A stretch of 64,000 bases of DNA from Candidatus Paracaedibacteraceae bacterium (GCA_030694965.1 JAUYTZ010000018.1:17559-81558); one strand, 5' to 3'; numbered from the stretch's first letter, positions 27,579-37,999 are shown. Notes: generated from the letters alone by a model not told the origin. Numbers and translations are program-made.

Positions 27579-28898
27579 CTATCTTGGTGTGCGGTAAACG
27601 ATATTTGCTTGCGCTTTGAACTTGTTAAATTGCGTCATTGCTTGTTCTTGCACGCGCTTTTCCTTAAGCATCATGCGAATCTCTTCACGCTTTGGCAAAT
27701 TCTTTTTTACTGGCTTTTTCTGATCACAAAGCATAAACAAACGTAATTCTGTTTCACTTAAACGAACAGGTTCAGTTGCTTTCCCTTTTCCTGACGCAGC
27801 AAAAAACTTACGAATACCTTCTGGAACCATAGCAACAGAAACATCATTCATTTCGTCAACTTCTAATTTTGCTTCCTTCGCACGTTCAATTAATGTTTTA
27901 CACCCTTGAATTTTAGGTGCGTCTTCTAAAAAACTACCTATGCGTGTTTGGTCATCCATAGATATTTCAGGTGGTAATGTAATTTTTACATCAAGATAGC
28001 TGATCTTAGCTTCACTTGCAGCAGCTTGGCCTGGCATTTTGTGATCTTTAACAAAATAGATAATGTAACGGTTGTCGCGTAAAATAGGTGCACTAAAGTG
28101 ACCAACTTTTAACGTAACAACATCATTAGGCAATTGGTCTTTTGCAATCCAGCCAATCAAACCGCCTTGCGCACCTGACGGTGATTGAGAAAAGTTTCGC
28201 GCTACAGATGAAAAGGGGGCTCCTTCAGTAAGTTGTTTGTGTATATTCATTGATTCACGTTGCACATGCGCGCGATTTTCTGGTGAGTTAACAAATAGGA
28301 CAATTTCAGCAACTTCAAATTGTTCTTTTTCTTCATTTTGTTGCAAACGACGCTCTTCATTTTCAACTTCACGATCTGAAATCGCGATGTGTCCGCCAAT
28401 ACCTTCGCGCACCGATTTAATCCATAATAAGTTAGATTCAACACGATCACGCAGTGTTTGGATATTCACGCCCTTGCCTTTGAAAAATTCAGCCATTTGC
28501 TCAAGTGTCATATTGTTTTCTTTAGCAATGCCTGAAACAGCAGCATCAAGTTCAGTTTTAGAAACAGTGACTTTGATCAATACAGCTATCTGTCGTTGTA
28601 ATTTTTCTTGAACAAGCGCCTCTTTAACTTGCTGAATCATTTCATCTGTTGCCTGCTTGCCATTATCGCCTGCTGATAATAAAATAAGATTAAGACGAGC
28701 GCGAATGTCATTTATTGTAATTGCATCTTTGTTAACTTCAACAGCAATTGATGCAGAAGAACTTTTTAAAATATGATCAACAACGCTGGTTTTTTTAGGC
28801 GGATTTTTTAAAGTTTCTTTTGATTTTGGGAGTGCTATAGCCGCATTAGAGGCAAACAGCAGACAAAAAGCAACATGTGATATTATTTTTCTATTCAT
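27579..28898 (-). CDS. surA: SurA-like periplasmic chaperone / parvulin-type peptidyl-prolyl isomerase
   Basis: Start chosen at M40 of the track ORF (ATG at 28898, AAGGA upstream), which gives the signal peptide 'MNRKIISHVAFCLLFASNAAIA'. Parvulin domain: 'FSSVARNFSQSPSGAQGGLIGWI...VGHFSAPI'. Confidence 0.8.
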   Translation of the reverse strand: MNRKIISHVAFCLLFASNAAIALPKSKETLKNPPKKTSVVDHILKSSSASIAVEVNKDAITINDIRARLNLILLSAGDNGKQATDEMIQQVKEALVQEKLQRQIAVLIKVTVSKTELDAAVSGIAKENNMTLEQMAEFFKGKGVNIQTLRDRVESNLLWIKSVREGIGGHIAISDREVENEERRLQQNEEKEQFEVAEIVLFVNSPENRAHVQRESMNIHKQLTEGAPFSSVARNFSQSPSGAQGGLIGWIAKDQLPNDVVTLKVGHFSAPILRDNRYIIYFVKDHKMPGQAAASEAKISYLDVKITLPPEISMDDQTRIGSFLEDAPKIQGCKTLIERAKEAKLEVDEMNDVSVAMVPEGIRKFFAASGKGKATEPVRLSETELRLFMLCDQKKPVKKNLPKREEIRMMLKEKRVQEQAMTQFNKFKAQANIVYRTPR

Positions 28899-29041
28899 TA
28901 ACTTAAGTTTCCTTATACAATTCAGCTGTATTCGCGGTAGTTTGAAGCAGCTTAGTAGTGTTAACTTTGTATTAACATAAACTGCTCGACAATTACGTAT
29001 ACGATATATAAACATATTTTTAAGATTTTGCCACGTTTAAG

Positions 29042-30178
29042 ATGACTCTGCTATTCAAATATACCTTTAAGCGATTTTTTTTAATTAGTTCAATGCTTAC
29101 ATTGTTAATTATCTTAGTGCTATGGCTAGCCCAATCATTAAGGTACATGGATTTAATTATTAACAATAGTGTGTCAATGAATGCCTATTTTGGATTGGTT
29201 GCGTATCTTATTCCTGATCTTTTTGGCGTCATTAGCCCAATTGCTTTTGCTGTTGCTACGCTATTTTGTTTTCACAGGCTTATAATTAGCCATGAACTGG
29301 CAGCGCTTAGATCACTTGGGCTCAATAATTTTCGTCTTTCATTGCCTGTGCTTTCACTTGCAGCAGGCTTATTTGCATTTTTGCTCTTTTTAAATATTGT
29401 AATTGTTCCAACCGCTTTTCAAAAACTAAAAGAACAAGAACACGTTATGCGTAGCGCTTTTTCAGGTGCGTTACTTAAAGAGGGAACGTTCAATACCTCA
29501 AAAGGCTTTACCATTTATATTAGGGAACACAACGATAAAGATGAATTGAATGGTATTTTTATTTACCAGCCGGCCGAAAATCAGCAGCCATCATACACGA
29601 CTATTGCTAAATCTGGTCGCGTTTATAAAAGTGGTGAACGTATATTTATTCTTCTTAAAAAAGGTGAGCGCCAAGATTACAGCCCCATCACACGTCAGTA
29701 TGCATGTTTTTCTTTTGATGAATTTGTCTATGATTTAACGGATAAAATAATAAGCTCAGATTCTCGTCCAGAGCGCATTTCAGAAAAATCCATCACCCAA
29801 TTATTAAATCCAGATCCATCTCTTTCAATAGAAATGAAGCGTCGCTTTAAATCCGAAGCACACCAGCGGCTTTTATTACCCTTTTTATGTTTACTCGATG
29901 CTTTATTTATTGCAAGCATGCTGCTTTCAGGTGAACTCAGTCGACGCTACAGCAAAAAAAATCTGATCATTGCCGCAGCAGGTGTGTTATTAGCTCACAT
30001 TATTACTATGGGATTGCTTCATGGCAGTGTTCGTTCTGATTATCTGCTTTGGGTTGCCTATGCATTTGTATTTAGTGGAATTTTAGGAAGCTTTGCATTT
30101 CTGACCAAAGATCTTTCTTTAGGGAGTTCAATTAAAAAACAAGTTGTAAAAACTTACTCTCCTTGGGAGAAGCGCTAA
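29042..30178 (+). CDS. lptF: LPS export ABC permease LptF
   Basis: YjgP/YjgQ-family layout: N-terminal 'YTFKRFF', six TM segments and a central periplasmic domain. It is followed by lptG and lptD. Confidence 0.85.
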   Translation: MTLLFKYTFKRFFLISSMLTLLIILVLWLAQSLRYMDLIINNSVSMNAYFGLVAYLIPDLFGVISPIAFAVATLFCFHRLIISHELAALRSLGLNNFRLSLPVLSLAAGLFAFLLFLNIVIVPTAFQKLKEQEHVMRSAFSGALLKEGTFNTSKGFTIYIREHNDKDELNGIFIYQPAENQQPSYTTIAKSGRVYKSGERIFILLKKGERQDYSPITRQYACFSFDEFVYDLTDKIISSDSRPERISEKSITQLLNPDPSLSIEMKRRFKSEAHQRLLLPFLCLLDALFIASMLLSGELSRRYSKKNLIIAAAGVLLAHIITMGLLHGSVRSDYLLWVAYAFVFSGILGSFAFLTKDLSLGSSIKKQVVKTYSPWEKR

Positions 30179-31284
30179 TGTCTTCTATGCAGTATTTAAA
30201 AAGTTCTTCGAATATTTATGTGGCTAAAAATTTTATAATATGGCTTATGATAACCGCTGCGACATTGCTTGTGATTATTGGCTTTTTTGAAACGATTGAA
30301 ACACTAAGGCGTGTTATGCGCACAGAAGCATCCTTTGGTGTTATTATAGAATTATCCCTACTTATACTCCCTCAGCGTTTTATTGAGCTTTTACCTTTTA
30401 TTGTATTTCTAGCCAGCCTTTTAAGCTTATGGCGCCTTAATCAACAGCAAGAAATTACAGCTCTTCGCTCTCTTGGGATATCTGGCGGACAACTTGGTCT
30501 TGGGCTTTTTGTAACATCAATTTTGGTTGGGACGTGCAGTTTAGCAGTCCTTAATCCGATAGCTGCTGTTTTTAATACACGGCATGTAACACTTGAATCG
30601 CGTGTCTTAAAACGTAATCATCAAAGTCTTACAATCTCAAATACTGGTTTTTGGTTAAAAGAAATTGAAGGTAACACTAAAACTATTTTGCACGCAGATT
30701 CATTTTCATTAAATGATCGAACTTTCAAAAACGTAACCTTTTATGAATTTGACACAAATGATCAATTCCAAAATCGTATTGATTCAACTGAGGCTACTCT
30801 TTTAGAAGGCCGCTGGCTTTTAAAAAATACATATACATGGCGCAAAGACACTGTTGTTAGTCAAAAAAAAGAACTTTACAGATCCACACATTTAACATTT
30901 GAAAAAATTAAACAAAGTAGTATTCAGCCAAATCAGTTACCTTTTTGGCGTATACCAACTTTTATTAGGCAACAAATTAAAAATGGCATGTCTGCACTGA
31001 CCTATGAAGTCTACTGGCATCGTTTGTGGGCAGAAATTGCTTTACTTGGTGTGATGGCCATTTTAGCTGTTGGTTTTTGTTTGGAAAACACCAGACGGCG
31101 CGGTGCATCTCATATGATTGGTGCCGCACTTATCACTGGATTTATTATTCATTTTTTTAATAATATTATCCATGCCTATGGTGTAGGTGATCTTCTTGCT
31201 CCTATTTTAGCAGCTTGGATCCCGCCTCTTGTGACAGGTCTTTTAGGTATTGGTTATCTCATGCATGCAGAAGAAAGCTCTTAG
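30178..31284 (+). CDS. lptG: LPS export ABC permease LptG
   Basis: YjgP/YjgQ family. The ATG at 30178 overlaps the lptF stop (TAATG). The track start at 30163 is an alternative. Confidence 0.85.
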   Translation: MSSMQYLKSSSNIYVAKNFIIWLMITAATLLVIIGFFETIETLRRVMRTEASFGVIIELSLLILPQRFIELLPFIVFLASLLSLWRLNQQQEITALRSLGISGGQLGLGLFVTSILVGTCSLAVLNPIAAVFNTRHVTLESRVLKRNHQSLTISNTGFWLKEIEGNTKTILHADSFSLNDRTFKNVTFYEFDTNDQFQNRIDSTEATLLEGRWLLKNTYTWRKDTVVSQKKELYRSTHLTFEKIKQSSIQPNQLPFWRIPTFIRQQIKNGMSALTYEVYWHRLWAEIALLGVMAILAVGFCLENTRRRGASHMIGAALITGFIIHFFNNIIHAYGVGDLLAPILAAWIPPLVTGLLGIGYLMHAEESS

Positions 31285-31285
31285 T

Positions 31286-33532
31286 ATGGTTAAAATTATA
31301 TTCTTACTTATATCTTGCATATCCTTATCTTTTGCAAAAGACATACCTGTCAATTTAAAGGCAGATAAAATTGAATATGACGCAAAAGGTGAAATATTGA
31401 TTGCTACAGGTCATGTTTATTTTTCACAAAAAACAGATAAGGGAATACGTACGCTCAAAGCAAATCGCGTTGTTCATAATGCAAAACAAGACACAGTTGT
31501 TGCCTTTGGTACAGAACGTGAAAAAGTCGTTTGCCTTGATATGACAGGTGACGTTATAGAGGCGGATGAGCTAACGCTTACAAGTGATTTTAAGACTGGT
31601 GTTATCAAAACGCTTACCCTTTTTACAAAAGAGAAAGCAACGATTCATGCAGCTGAAGGGCGCCGCAAAGATAGTATTATTGCTGTAATGGAAGATGCTG
31701 ATTATACACCTTGTAAATTTTGCAGCACAAAAAAACCTGTATGGCAATTGAAAGCCACAAAAGTAATACATAACAAAGAAAATAAAACCATTGAATATGC
31801 AAATGCGCGCCTTGAAATAAAAGGGTTCCCTGTTTTTTACACGCCTTATTTTTCGCACCCTGATCCAACCGTCAAGCGCAAATCGGGTCTTTTATCACCA
31901 ACATTTGTTCAAAACAATGATCTTGGATATAGCGTTGGTATGCCTGTTTATTATGTCGTTTCGGATCAAAAGGATATGACGGTTACGCCAATCATGACAA
32001 CAAAGCAATCAGGTATCATACAAGCTGAATATCGCGAGCGATTCCGTGATGGCATATTCACAATTGCAGGTAGTTACACTAAAACAAAAAACCTTCCGCC
32101 GCCAGGACCCCTGCAATCCAATGGACCTCGCCCTGCAAAACCAGATCGCTGGAATTTAGCCCTACAATCACGTGTAGATATAAGTGACAATCAGCGCCTT
32201 AAAATTGACGTTAAACGCGCCAGTGACATGACCTATTTGCAACGCTATAGTACTATTCGCCAATCACCATTTATACAAGATAATCAAAGCCTTCGTTCAA
32301 ATATTACCTGGCAACATTTTTCAGCGGATGGCTATGCTGATATTCAATCAATGTCCTTTCAAACAGATGCTCCCAAAACAACGCCTTTGATTTTACCTAA
32401 AGCAAGTTATCACTATCAAATAACCGCACCTGAAATAGGTGGAACTATTGCTATTGAAGGTGGGGCTCTTGCACTTTTTAGGCATCAAGCTGTTCCTGGA
32501 CGCTATGGTTCAGAAATGTATCGCATATCGAATGGTGTTACGTGGAAACGCCCATGGGTTTCGCCTTATGGGCAGATCATAACAGCACAAGCGCAAACAC
32601 GTGGAGACCTTTACATGATGAGGCGCTATTATAATTCTATGGAAACAGCAAGTGCATCAAACCGACAGCTTGAGCATCGTCACGTGCGGCTTTTTCCACA
32701 AGGAAGTCTTGATTGGCAGTGGCCATTTCAAAAACGGATGGATTTAACAAATTGGATTATTAAACCACAAGCAATGATTGTGTCTAGTCCTCTTAACGTA
32801 AACAACCGCCACATTCCCAATGAAGATTCTCTTGCTTTTGAATTAGATGATACAAGCATGTTTCTGCCTAATCGTTTTGATGGCATTGACCGTGTGGATG
32901 CAGGCACACGTGCAATTGCTGGTGTTGAAAATGAATTACGTTTTAGTCAACAAAGAAGCATTGCTCTTTTCTTAGGACAATCGAAGCGCTTAGACAATCA
33001 ACATCTCGTTAGAAGCGGGCTTGGTGAAGATAATGCAACGTCAGACCTTCTTATGCGTTTAAAAGTAAAGCCAGCATCATGGTTTTCAAGCAGGTATCGC
33101 ATGGCTGTAGATCCAAACCTTAATACTATTCGCTATTCTGAGCTTGGCGCCACACTTGGTAAGCCAATTTTTAAAGTTGATGGTGCATATGTCTTTTTAA
33201 ATAAGCGTGCGACTCTTAACAGTGCAAGCTTAATCTCTCAATTAAATATGCAAGTATCCTCTGAGGTGACTGAAAATTGGCGTGTTTCAATTGGGCAAAT
33301 TCGAAACTTAAAACGTACAAGCGGCAGCGCATCCCTTGCCACATATTTTTCTGCAACGTATGACGATGAATGTTTCACTGTTGATTTGGGTGTTTATAGA
33401 TCAGGCTACAGTGATCGAGATGTGAGACCTGAAACAAGTTTTTTGGTTGGGATAAGCTTTAAAACACTTGCAAATTTAGCTTTAAGTCCAGCGCCAAAAT
33501 ACCCGGCTAGTATGTTGACAGCAGGACTGTAG
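31286..33532 (+). CDS. lptD: LPS-assembly outer-membrane protein LptD
   Basis: Signal peptide 'MVKIIFLLISCISLSFA' from the ATG at 31286. OstA N-terminal domain 'ADKIEYDAKGEILIATGHV', then a large beta-barrel. Confidence 0.9.
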   Translation: MVKIIFLLISCISLSFAKDIPVNLKADKIEYDAKGEILIATGHVYFSQKTDKGIRTLKANRVVHNAKQDTVVAFGTEREKVVCLDMTGDVIEADELTLTSDFKTGVIKTLTLFTKEKATIHAAEGRRKDSIIAVMEDADYTPCKFCSTKKPVWQLKATKVIHNKENKTIEYANARLEIKGFPVFYTPYFSHPDPTVKRKSGLLSPTFVQNNDLGYSVGMPVYYVVSDQKDMTVTPIMTTKQSGIIQAEYRERFRDGIFTIAGSYTKTKNLPPPGPLQSNGPRPAKPDRWNLALQSRVDISDNQRLKIDVKRASDMTYLQRYSTIRQSPFIQDNQSLRSNITWQHFSADGYADIQSMSFQTDAPKTTPLILPKASYHYQITAPEIGGTIAIEGGALALFRHQAVPGRYGSEMYRISNGVTWKRPWVSPYGQIITAQAQTRGDLYMMRRYYNSMETASASNRQLEHRHVRLFPQGSLDWQWPFQKRMDLTNWIIKPQAMIVSSPLNVNNRHIPNEDSLAFELDDTSMFLPNRFDGIDRVDAGTRAIAGVENELRFSQQRSIALFLGQSKRLDNQHLVRSGLGEDNATSDLLMRLKVKPASWFSSRYRMAVDPNLNTIRYSELGATLGKPIFKVDGAYVFLNKRATLNSASLISQLNMQVSSEVTENWRVSIGQIRNLKRTSGSASLATYFSATYDDECFTVDLGVYRSGYSDRDVRPETSFLVGISFKTLANLALSPAPKYPASMLTAGL

Positions 33533-33620
33533 TGGGCTACATGTATGTCTAATTTCGTGTTTTACGCTTTTTATGCTTGAATTTCATTGTTTTGATGCCT
33601 ATTTAGCATAAGTTCATACA

Positions 33621-34280
33621 ATGCAGTTTTTCAAAAGGATATTTTTTGTGCACATAAAACACCTAATTCAAACTTTTATACTATCTACAACAAGCTTATT
33701 TATTTTCATGGCGGTACCAACTTTTTCTGTAGAGGCAGTTGAGCATGATGCATTCAGTGGTGCAGCTTTTTGTCAGCAGCCAATGGGATATGTTCTTTTA
33801 AAACAAAAAGATTTAGCGGTTGCTTCGGTTGATCATGCAAGCGCCACCTTAAAATATGAAAATCTAAAGAAGATCCCTTCAATTCCTCATCCAAATGCTC
33901 TTTTGAGGAAAAAAATGGGCGGCAAAGCTTGGTTGATATATTTAAAAGACTATGTAAAATTTTCAGTTAAGCGCGAAAAATTACACAAAGGTGATCTCCC
34001 ACATAAAGATTGCTCTATTGAAGAGTTTATAGAGAACCGTGCTAAGGTAGAAGCCATTAAGACCACTAATACGACCAAAAGACCTTCTATGATGAGGTCA
34101 AATCCGCGCACAGTCGTTTCAGAAAAAAAATCTTCAAAAATAGACGCTGCAAAATTAACACGAAAGAGAACTGCAATATCATCAGCAAACGAAACAAAGA
34201 AACGTCAAAGAAAAAATACAATTCCATTTGAAGATAGGTATGCAGACCTATACGAGCAAAAAGCAAATAAGGTTCATTAA
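33621..34280 (+). CDS. Secreted or anchored protein with a basic C-terminal tail, unknown function
   Basis: Hydrophobic N-terminus 'FILSTTSLFIFMAVPTFSVEA'. C-terminal tail 'KLTRKRTAISSANETKKRQRKN'. Confidence 0.5.
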   Translation: MQFFKRIFFVHIKHLIQTFILSTTSLFIFMAVPTFSVEAVEHDAFSGAAFCQQPMGYVLLKQKDLAVASVDHASATLKYENLKKIPSIPHPNALLRKKMGGKAWLIYLKDYVKFSVKREKLHKGDLPHKDCSIEEFIENRAKVEAIKTTNTTKRPSMMRSNPRTVVSEKKSSKIDAAKLTRKRTAISSANETKKRQRKNTIPFEDRYADLYEQKANKVH

Positions 34281-34418
34281 ATTATTTTCTATAAAAAGCC
34301 TCAATCATTAAAAATAATTTAGTCATAAACACAAGATATTCGACAAATCAAAATCTTAGTGATACGCTAAAGGCAACTTTTAGAATGTTAAAATATCTTT
34401 CAAAGGAATTATGATTAT

Positions 34419-35534
34419 ATGATTATCGGCGTACCAAAGGAAATTAAGAACCACGAATACCGTGTTGGCTTAGTACCTTCTTCTGTAAGTGAATTAACAA
34501 GACACGGTCATAGTGTTATTGTTGAAACAAAAGCGGGCATGGGAATTGGTTTTTCTGATGACGATTACAAAAAAGTTGGTGCTGAAATAATGCCAACAGC
34601 TGCAGATGTTTTTGCCAAAGCTGACATGATTATAAAAGTAAAAGAACCGCAATTAAATGAATGTGAAATGCTTCGTAAAGGGCAAATTTTATTTACTTAT
34701 CTTCACTTGGCTCCAGATCCAGCACAAACAAAAGCTCTTGTGAAATCAGAATGTATTGCGATTGCTTATGAAACAGTAACAGATGCACGTGGCGGGTTAC
34801 CATTACTTGCGCCAATGAGCGAAGTTGCAGGCCGTATGTCTGTTCAAGTTGGTGCTTGGTTGCTTGAAAAAGGCCAGGGCGGCATGGGTGTTCTTTTGGG
34901 AGGTGTGCCCGGTGTTATGCCATCCAAAGTTGTTATTCTTGGCGGCGGTGTGGTTGGTATTAATGCAGCGCGTATGGCTATGGGGATGGGCGCAGATGTA
35001 ACAATAGCAGACAAAAGCCCACGTCGTTTACAAGAACTTGATATGTACTTTGAAGGTCGCCTAAAAACCGTTGTTCCAACGTTTGATATTATTGAAGAAC
35101 TTGTGACAAATGCGGATCTTGTTGTTGGAGCTGTTCTTGTTGTTGGTGCCGCTGCGCCAAAACTAGTATCTGCCGCAACTGTCAAGAAAATGCGTCCAGG
35201 AGCTGTTATGGTTGACGTTGCAATTGACCAAGGTGGTTGCTTTGAAACAAGTCGCCCAACAACCCATGATAACCCACATTACACAGTTGATAATGTGATT
35301 CACTATTGCGTAACAAACATGCCTGGAGCAGTTGCACGCACATCAGCGTTAGCACTTAATAATGCTACATTACCATTTGCAATTGCATTAGCTGATAAAG
35401 GTTACAAACAAGCACTTTCCGATGATTCGCACTTATTACATGGTTTGAACGTGTGCTTAGGGCATATAACACATGAAGCTGTTGCACATGATTTGGATAT
35501 GCCATATGTTGCACCAGAAACGTTTTTAAAATAA
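34419..35534 (+). CDS. ald: Alanine dehydrogenase
   Basis: 'MIIGVPKEIKNHEYRVGL.P' and the NAD site 'VVILGGGVVGINAARMA'. Confidence 0.95.
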   Translation: MIIGVPKEIKNHEYRVGLVPSSVSELTRHGHSVIVETKAGMGIGFSDDDYKKVGAEIMPTAADVFAKADMIIKVKEPQLNECEMLRKGQILFTYLHLAPDPAQTKALVKSECIAIAYETVTDARGGLPLLAPMSEVAGRMSVQVGAWLLEKGQGGMGVLLGGVPGVMPSKVVILGGGVVGINAARMAMGMGADVTIADKSPRRLQELDMYFEGRLKTVVPTFDIIEELVTNADLVVGAVLVVGAAAPKLVSAATVKKMRPGAVMVDVAIDQGGCFETSRPTTHDNPHYTVDNVIHYCVTNMPGAVARTSALALNNATLPFAIALADKGYKQALSDDSHLLHGLNVCLGHITHEAVAHDLDMPYVAPETFLK

Positions 35535-35562
35535 ATTCTTAGTATTATTTCAGTGCACCTTA

Positions 35563-35596
35563 AACCTCTCTTTTTTAATAAATTGAGAGGTTTTTT
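35563..35596 (+). terminator. Rho-independent terminator after ald
   Basis: aacctctc (35563-70) pairs with gagaggtt (35585-92). The loop is 14 nt, followed by a T-run. Confidence 0.7.
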
Positions 35597-35684
35597 ATTG
35601 TATTGTTAATACAATATTAAAAATTAATATTGTATATTAATACTTGTATTTAATTTAAATAACTAATTTAAGGAGTATTTTTAT

Positions 35685-36950
35685 ATGACCGTATTTTCAA
35701 TAGATAGGCTGCCAAAGAAATCAGTTTTGAGCTATTTTATTCTCGTTAGCAGTTTAACAATTAATGCGCGTTCAGAGAAAGCAATTTCTTCAGCACTTTC
35801 AGAAGCAGCATCTTTAGAAGGCTTGTCTACAGTAGAGGCAAAAGCAGGAACAAAGGAAGATTGGGTCAATGCTGTTTGCAACACATACAAAAGCAATGCT
35901 AGACGGAAAAGTTCTTCTATCAAAAACTCATCCAGCAGAAAATCTGTAGAACAGCGAGATGAGCAAGAAATAACTGCCTTTAAAGAAGCTGTTATGATGT
36001 TGTCTGATGAGCAGTTCCAAAAGGTAAAGACATTATTTGAGTTTTACAAGCTAGAAGGTAGTTTATCACGCGTTGGTGAAGCAAAGCGGGTTTTAGACGA
36101 TTTATCTACGAATTTAGATATCATGTTTGAACTTGTTAAGACTTTAAAAATACCAGTAAAGCAACCTGGAAGCGCTGGCATTGAATTACAAGATATGCCA
36201 AAAACGACATTTGAAACGCTTGTGTCATTTAATAGAGACGACCTTCTTTCTATAAGAAATAATATTCCTGTGTTCCAGTTAATTGAAAAAATTGAACTAA
36301 ATAAATTTGACGGAACACCCAATAATGGAGTTTATAAGCTCGTTTTGTACAGAAAATTATTGCCTTTGGCGGGCAACGATCAAGCACTTAAAAAAATATC
36401 AGACATCCTAAATTATGCTTTTGGTTCAGGCATGTCATATGTTTGTTTGCCAGCGCTTGTTGATGCGTGCTTAGAAACAAAACCAGAAAAACTTACATCT
36501 GATGTTTTAGACTATCTCATTAAAATCAGATCTGTTTTTGATATTAATGTTGATCAAGGTAGAGGAGGCGTTAAAGACGACATAAAAACGATAGAAGATA
36601 ACATAAATAAAAAGTCAGAACTTGCTTCTAAGATTATGTTTATTGCTATTGATTCTTATGCGGATTCTCAAAAAGGAGATGAAATTAAGTCAATTATCGA
36701 TAAATACATGGCTATGAAAAATATTGATGCAACATGGAATATTAATGATTTGGGTATGTTGATTACACTTTATTCAAAAACGCAAAAAGACTTACTTTTA
36801 AAAGAAATTATGATAGCTGATGCGGCTATTGAAAAGGCAAGTAAATGCATGGGAATGCTTTGTTCTAAAGAAAAGGGAATAGACGCTGCTATTCGCAATT
36901 TATCTGATAAGTTAAAAATGATGATAGACCAAGCAAAATTTAAATTATAA
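35685..36950 (+). CDS. Hypothetical protein (421 aa, predicted helical)
   Basis: Long ORF with 'AAGGAG' upstream and a hydrophobic N-terminal segment 'VLSYFILVSSLTINA'. No domain recognised. Confidence 0.6.
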   Translation: MTVFSIDRLPKKSVLSYFILVSSLTINARSEKAISSALSEAASLEGLSTVEAKAGTKEDWVNAVCNTYKSNARRKSSSIKNSSSRKSVEQRDEQEITAFKEAVMMLSDEQFQKVKTLFEFYKLEGSLSRVGEAKRVLDDLSTNLDIMFELVKTLKIPVKQPGSAGIELQDMPKTTFETLVSFNRDDLLSIRNNIPVFQLIEKIELNKFDGTPNNGVYKLVLYRKLLPLAGNDQALKKISDILNYAFGSGMSYVCLPALVDACLETKPEKLTSDVLDYLIKIRSVFDINVDQGRGGVKDDIKTIEDNINKKSELASKIMFIAIDSYADSQKGDEIKSIIDKYMAMKNIDATWNINDLGMLITLYSKTQKDLLLKEIMIADAAIEKASKCMGMLCSKEKGIDAAIRNLSDKLKMMIDQAKFKL

Positions 36951-37063
36951 ACGAAAGTAATAAAAAATTGCATATTAAGTAAGTCAGGGTTGTTTTAAAG
37001 AGGAGGTGTACACGCTCTCAGTGCTTTGTTGCTGAGAGGGTGGCAAAAAACCTTTATATACTC

Positions 37064-37999
37064 TTAATCTTTTTTTAGGCTATTGATCCAATACGTGTCG
37101 AACATGGCAATAAGTGTTGTACGTGCAAAGCGCGTTGCTCCGCCATTGTACAAACCCAACAGTTTTTTTGTTCGATAGAGTTCTTTTACATAAGAAAAAA
37201 CAGAAAAATTATCTTGTCCTGTTAACAATCGCTGAGCATGACATTGGGCGCGTAAGGTTAAAATAGGGTAGGTAGTTGCTGTTTGAAGCATTGCCATCAC
37301 TGGGCTCATGACACATGATTCGCGTACAGTTAATTTTCCTGACTTATTAAATAACAAATGTGACAGATGGTGGTTGAGTGTTAAAAATGTACCAACATGC
37401 AAAAAAGTTGATTGAAATGTGAGGGTGCCACCAGTAAAAAACCACTTCCTATTTTTAAAGCACTCCGACCATTTTATTTTATCATTTTCCAAAAATGGAA
37501 TAGGTATGTCTTTATAATAACAAACCTTCATGCGTTCCATCCAATTCACATAAAAGACTTCATTTGCAGCAATCATTGTAACAGCCGCTATTTCAGGAAT
37601 AGCTGGGTATCTTATTGATAGATCTGGCATAACTTCTTTTGTTTTAGCTGTGCTATACCCATAAATTGTATAAACAGATCCTTTCATCCACAATTCTAAC
37701 GCACTTACTTTAAAAATTTTAAAAAATTTCTTTGCTGCATCTTTTTGGGTTAATAATTCTGAAAATATTTCTTTGTATGGTTTTTCTGTAACCTGCTTAC
37801 CAATTATAATTACCTCAAATGGTAACGCTATTAAAGGACGAGTCAACCCCGGCACAATACTTTTCATAAGTGCGCCATATATTAATGATGGTTTTGATAC
37901 GACATCATCGTCAGTTTTTGCAATGCATGTTATTGAAAATAATATTAAAATAAAAAAGCTACATATAATTTTTTGAAACAAAGCATACCTACTAACCAA
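37064..37999 (-). CDS. Mitochondrial-carrier-family-like membrane protein (tripartite, degenerate signatures)
   Basis: Three modules of about 93 aa. The Px[DE]xx[KR]-like motifs are 'PFEVIIIGK' (aa 60), 'WMERMKV' (aa 153) and 'PILTLRAQ' (aa 245). Each is followed by an aromatic-x-G-G/KG helix start: 'LWMKGSVYTIYGY', 'FFTGGTLTFQSTFLHVGTFLTL' and 'LYNGGATRFARTTLIAMFDTYW'. Confidence 0.5.
   Translation of the reverse strand: MVSRYALFQKIICSFFILILFSITCIAKTDDDVVSKPSLIYGALMKSIVPGLTRPLIALPFEVIIIGKQVTEKPYKEIFSELLTQKDAAKKFFKIFKVSALELWMKGSVYTIYGYSTAKTKEVMPDLSIRYPAIPEIAAVTMIAANEVFYVNWMERMKVCYYKDIPIPFLENDKIKWSECFKNRKWFFTGGTLTFQSTFLHVGTFLTLNHHLSHLLFNKSGKLTVRESCVMSPVMAMLQTATTYPILTLRAQCHAQRLLTGQDNFSVFSYVKELYRTKKLLGLYNGGATRFARTTLIAMFDTYWINSLKKD

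Noticed and set aside
37015-37038. 7-bp hairpin (ctctcag/ctgagag) between the convergent genes at 36950 and 37064, considered as a terminator
   Set aside because: No U-tract follows it on either strand, and the stem is short. It is not called.
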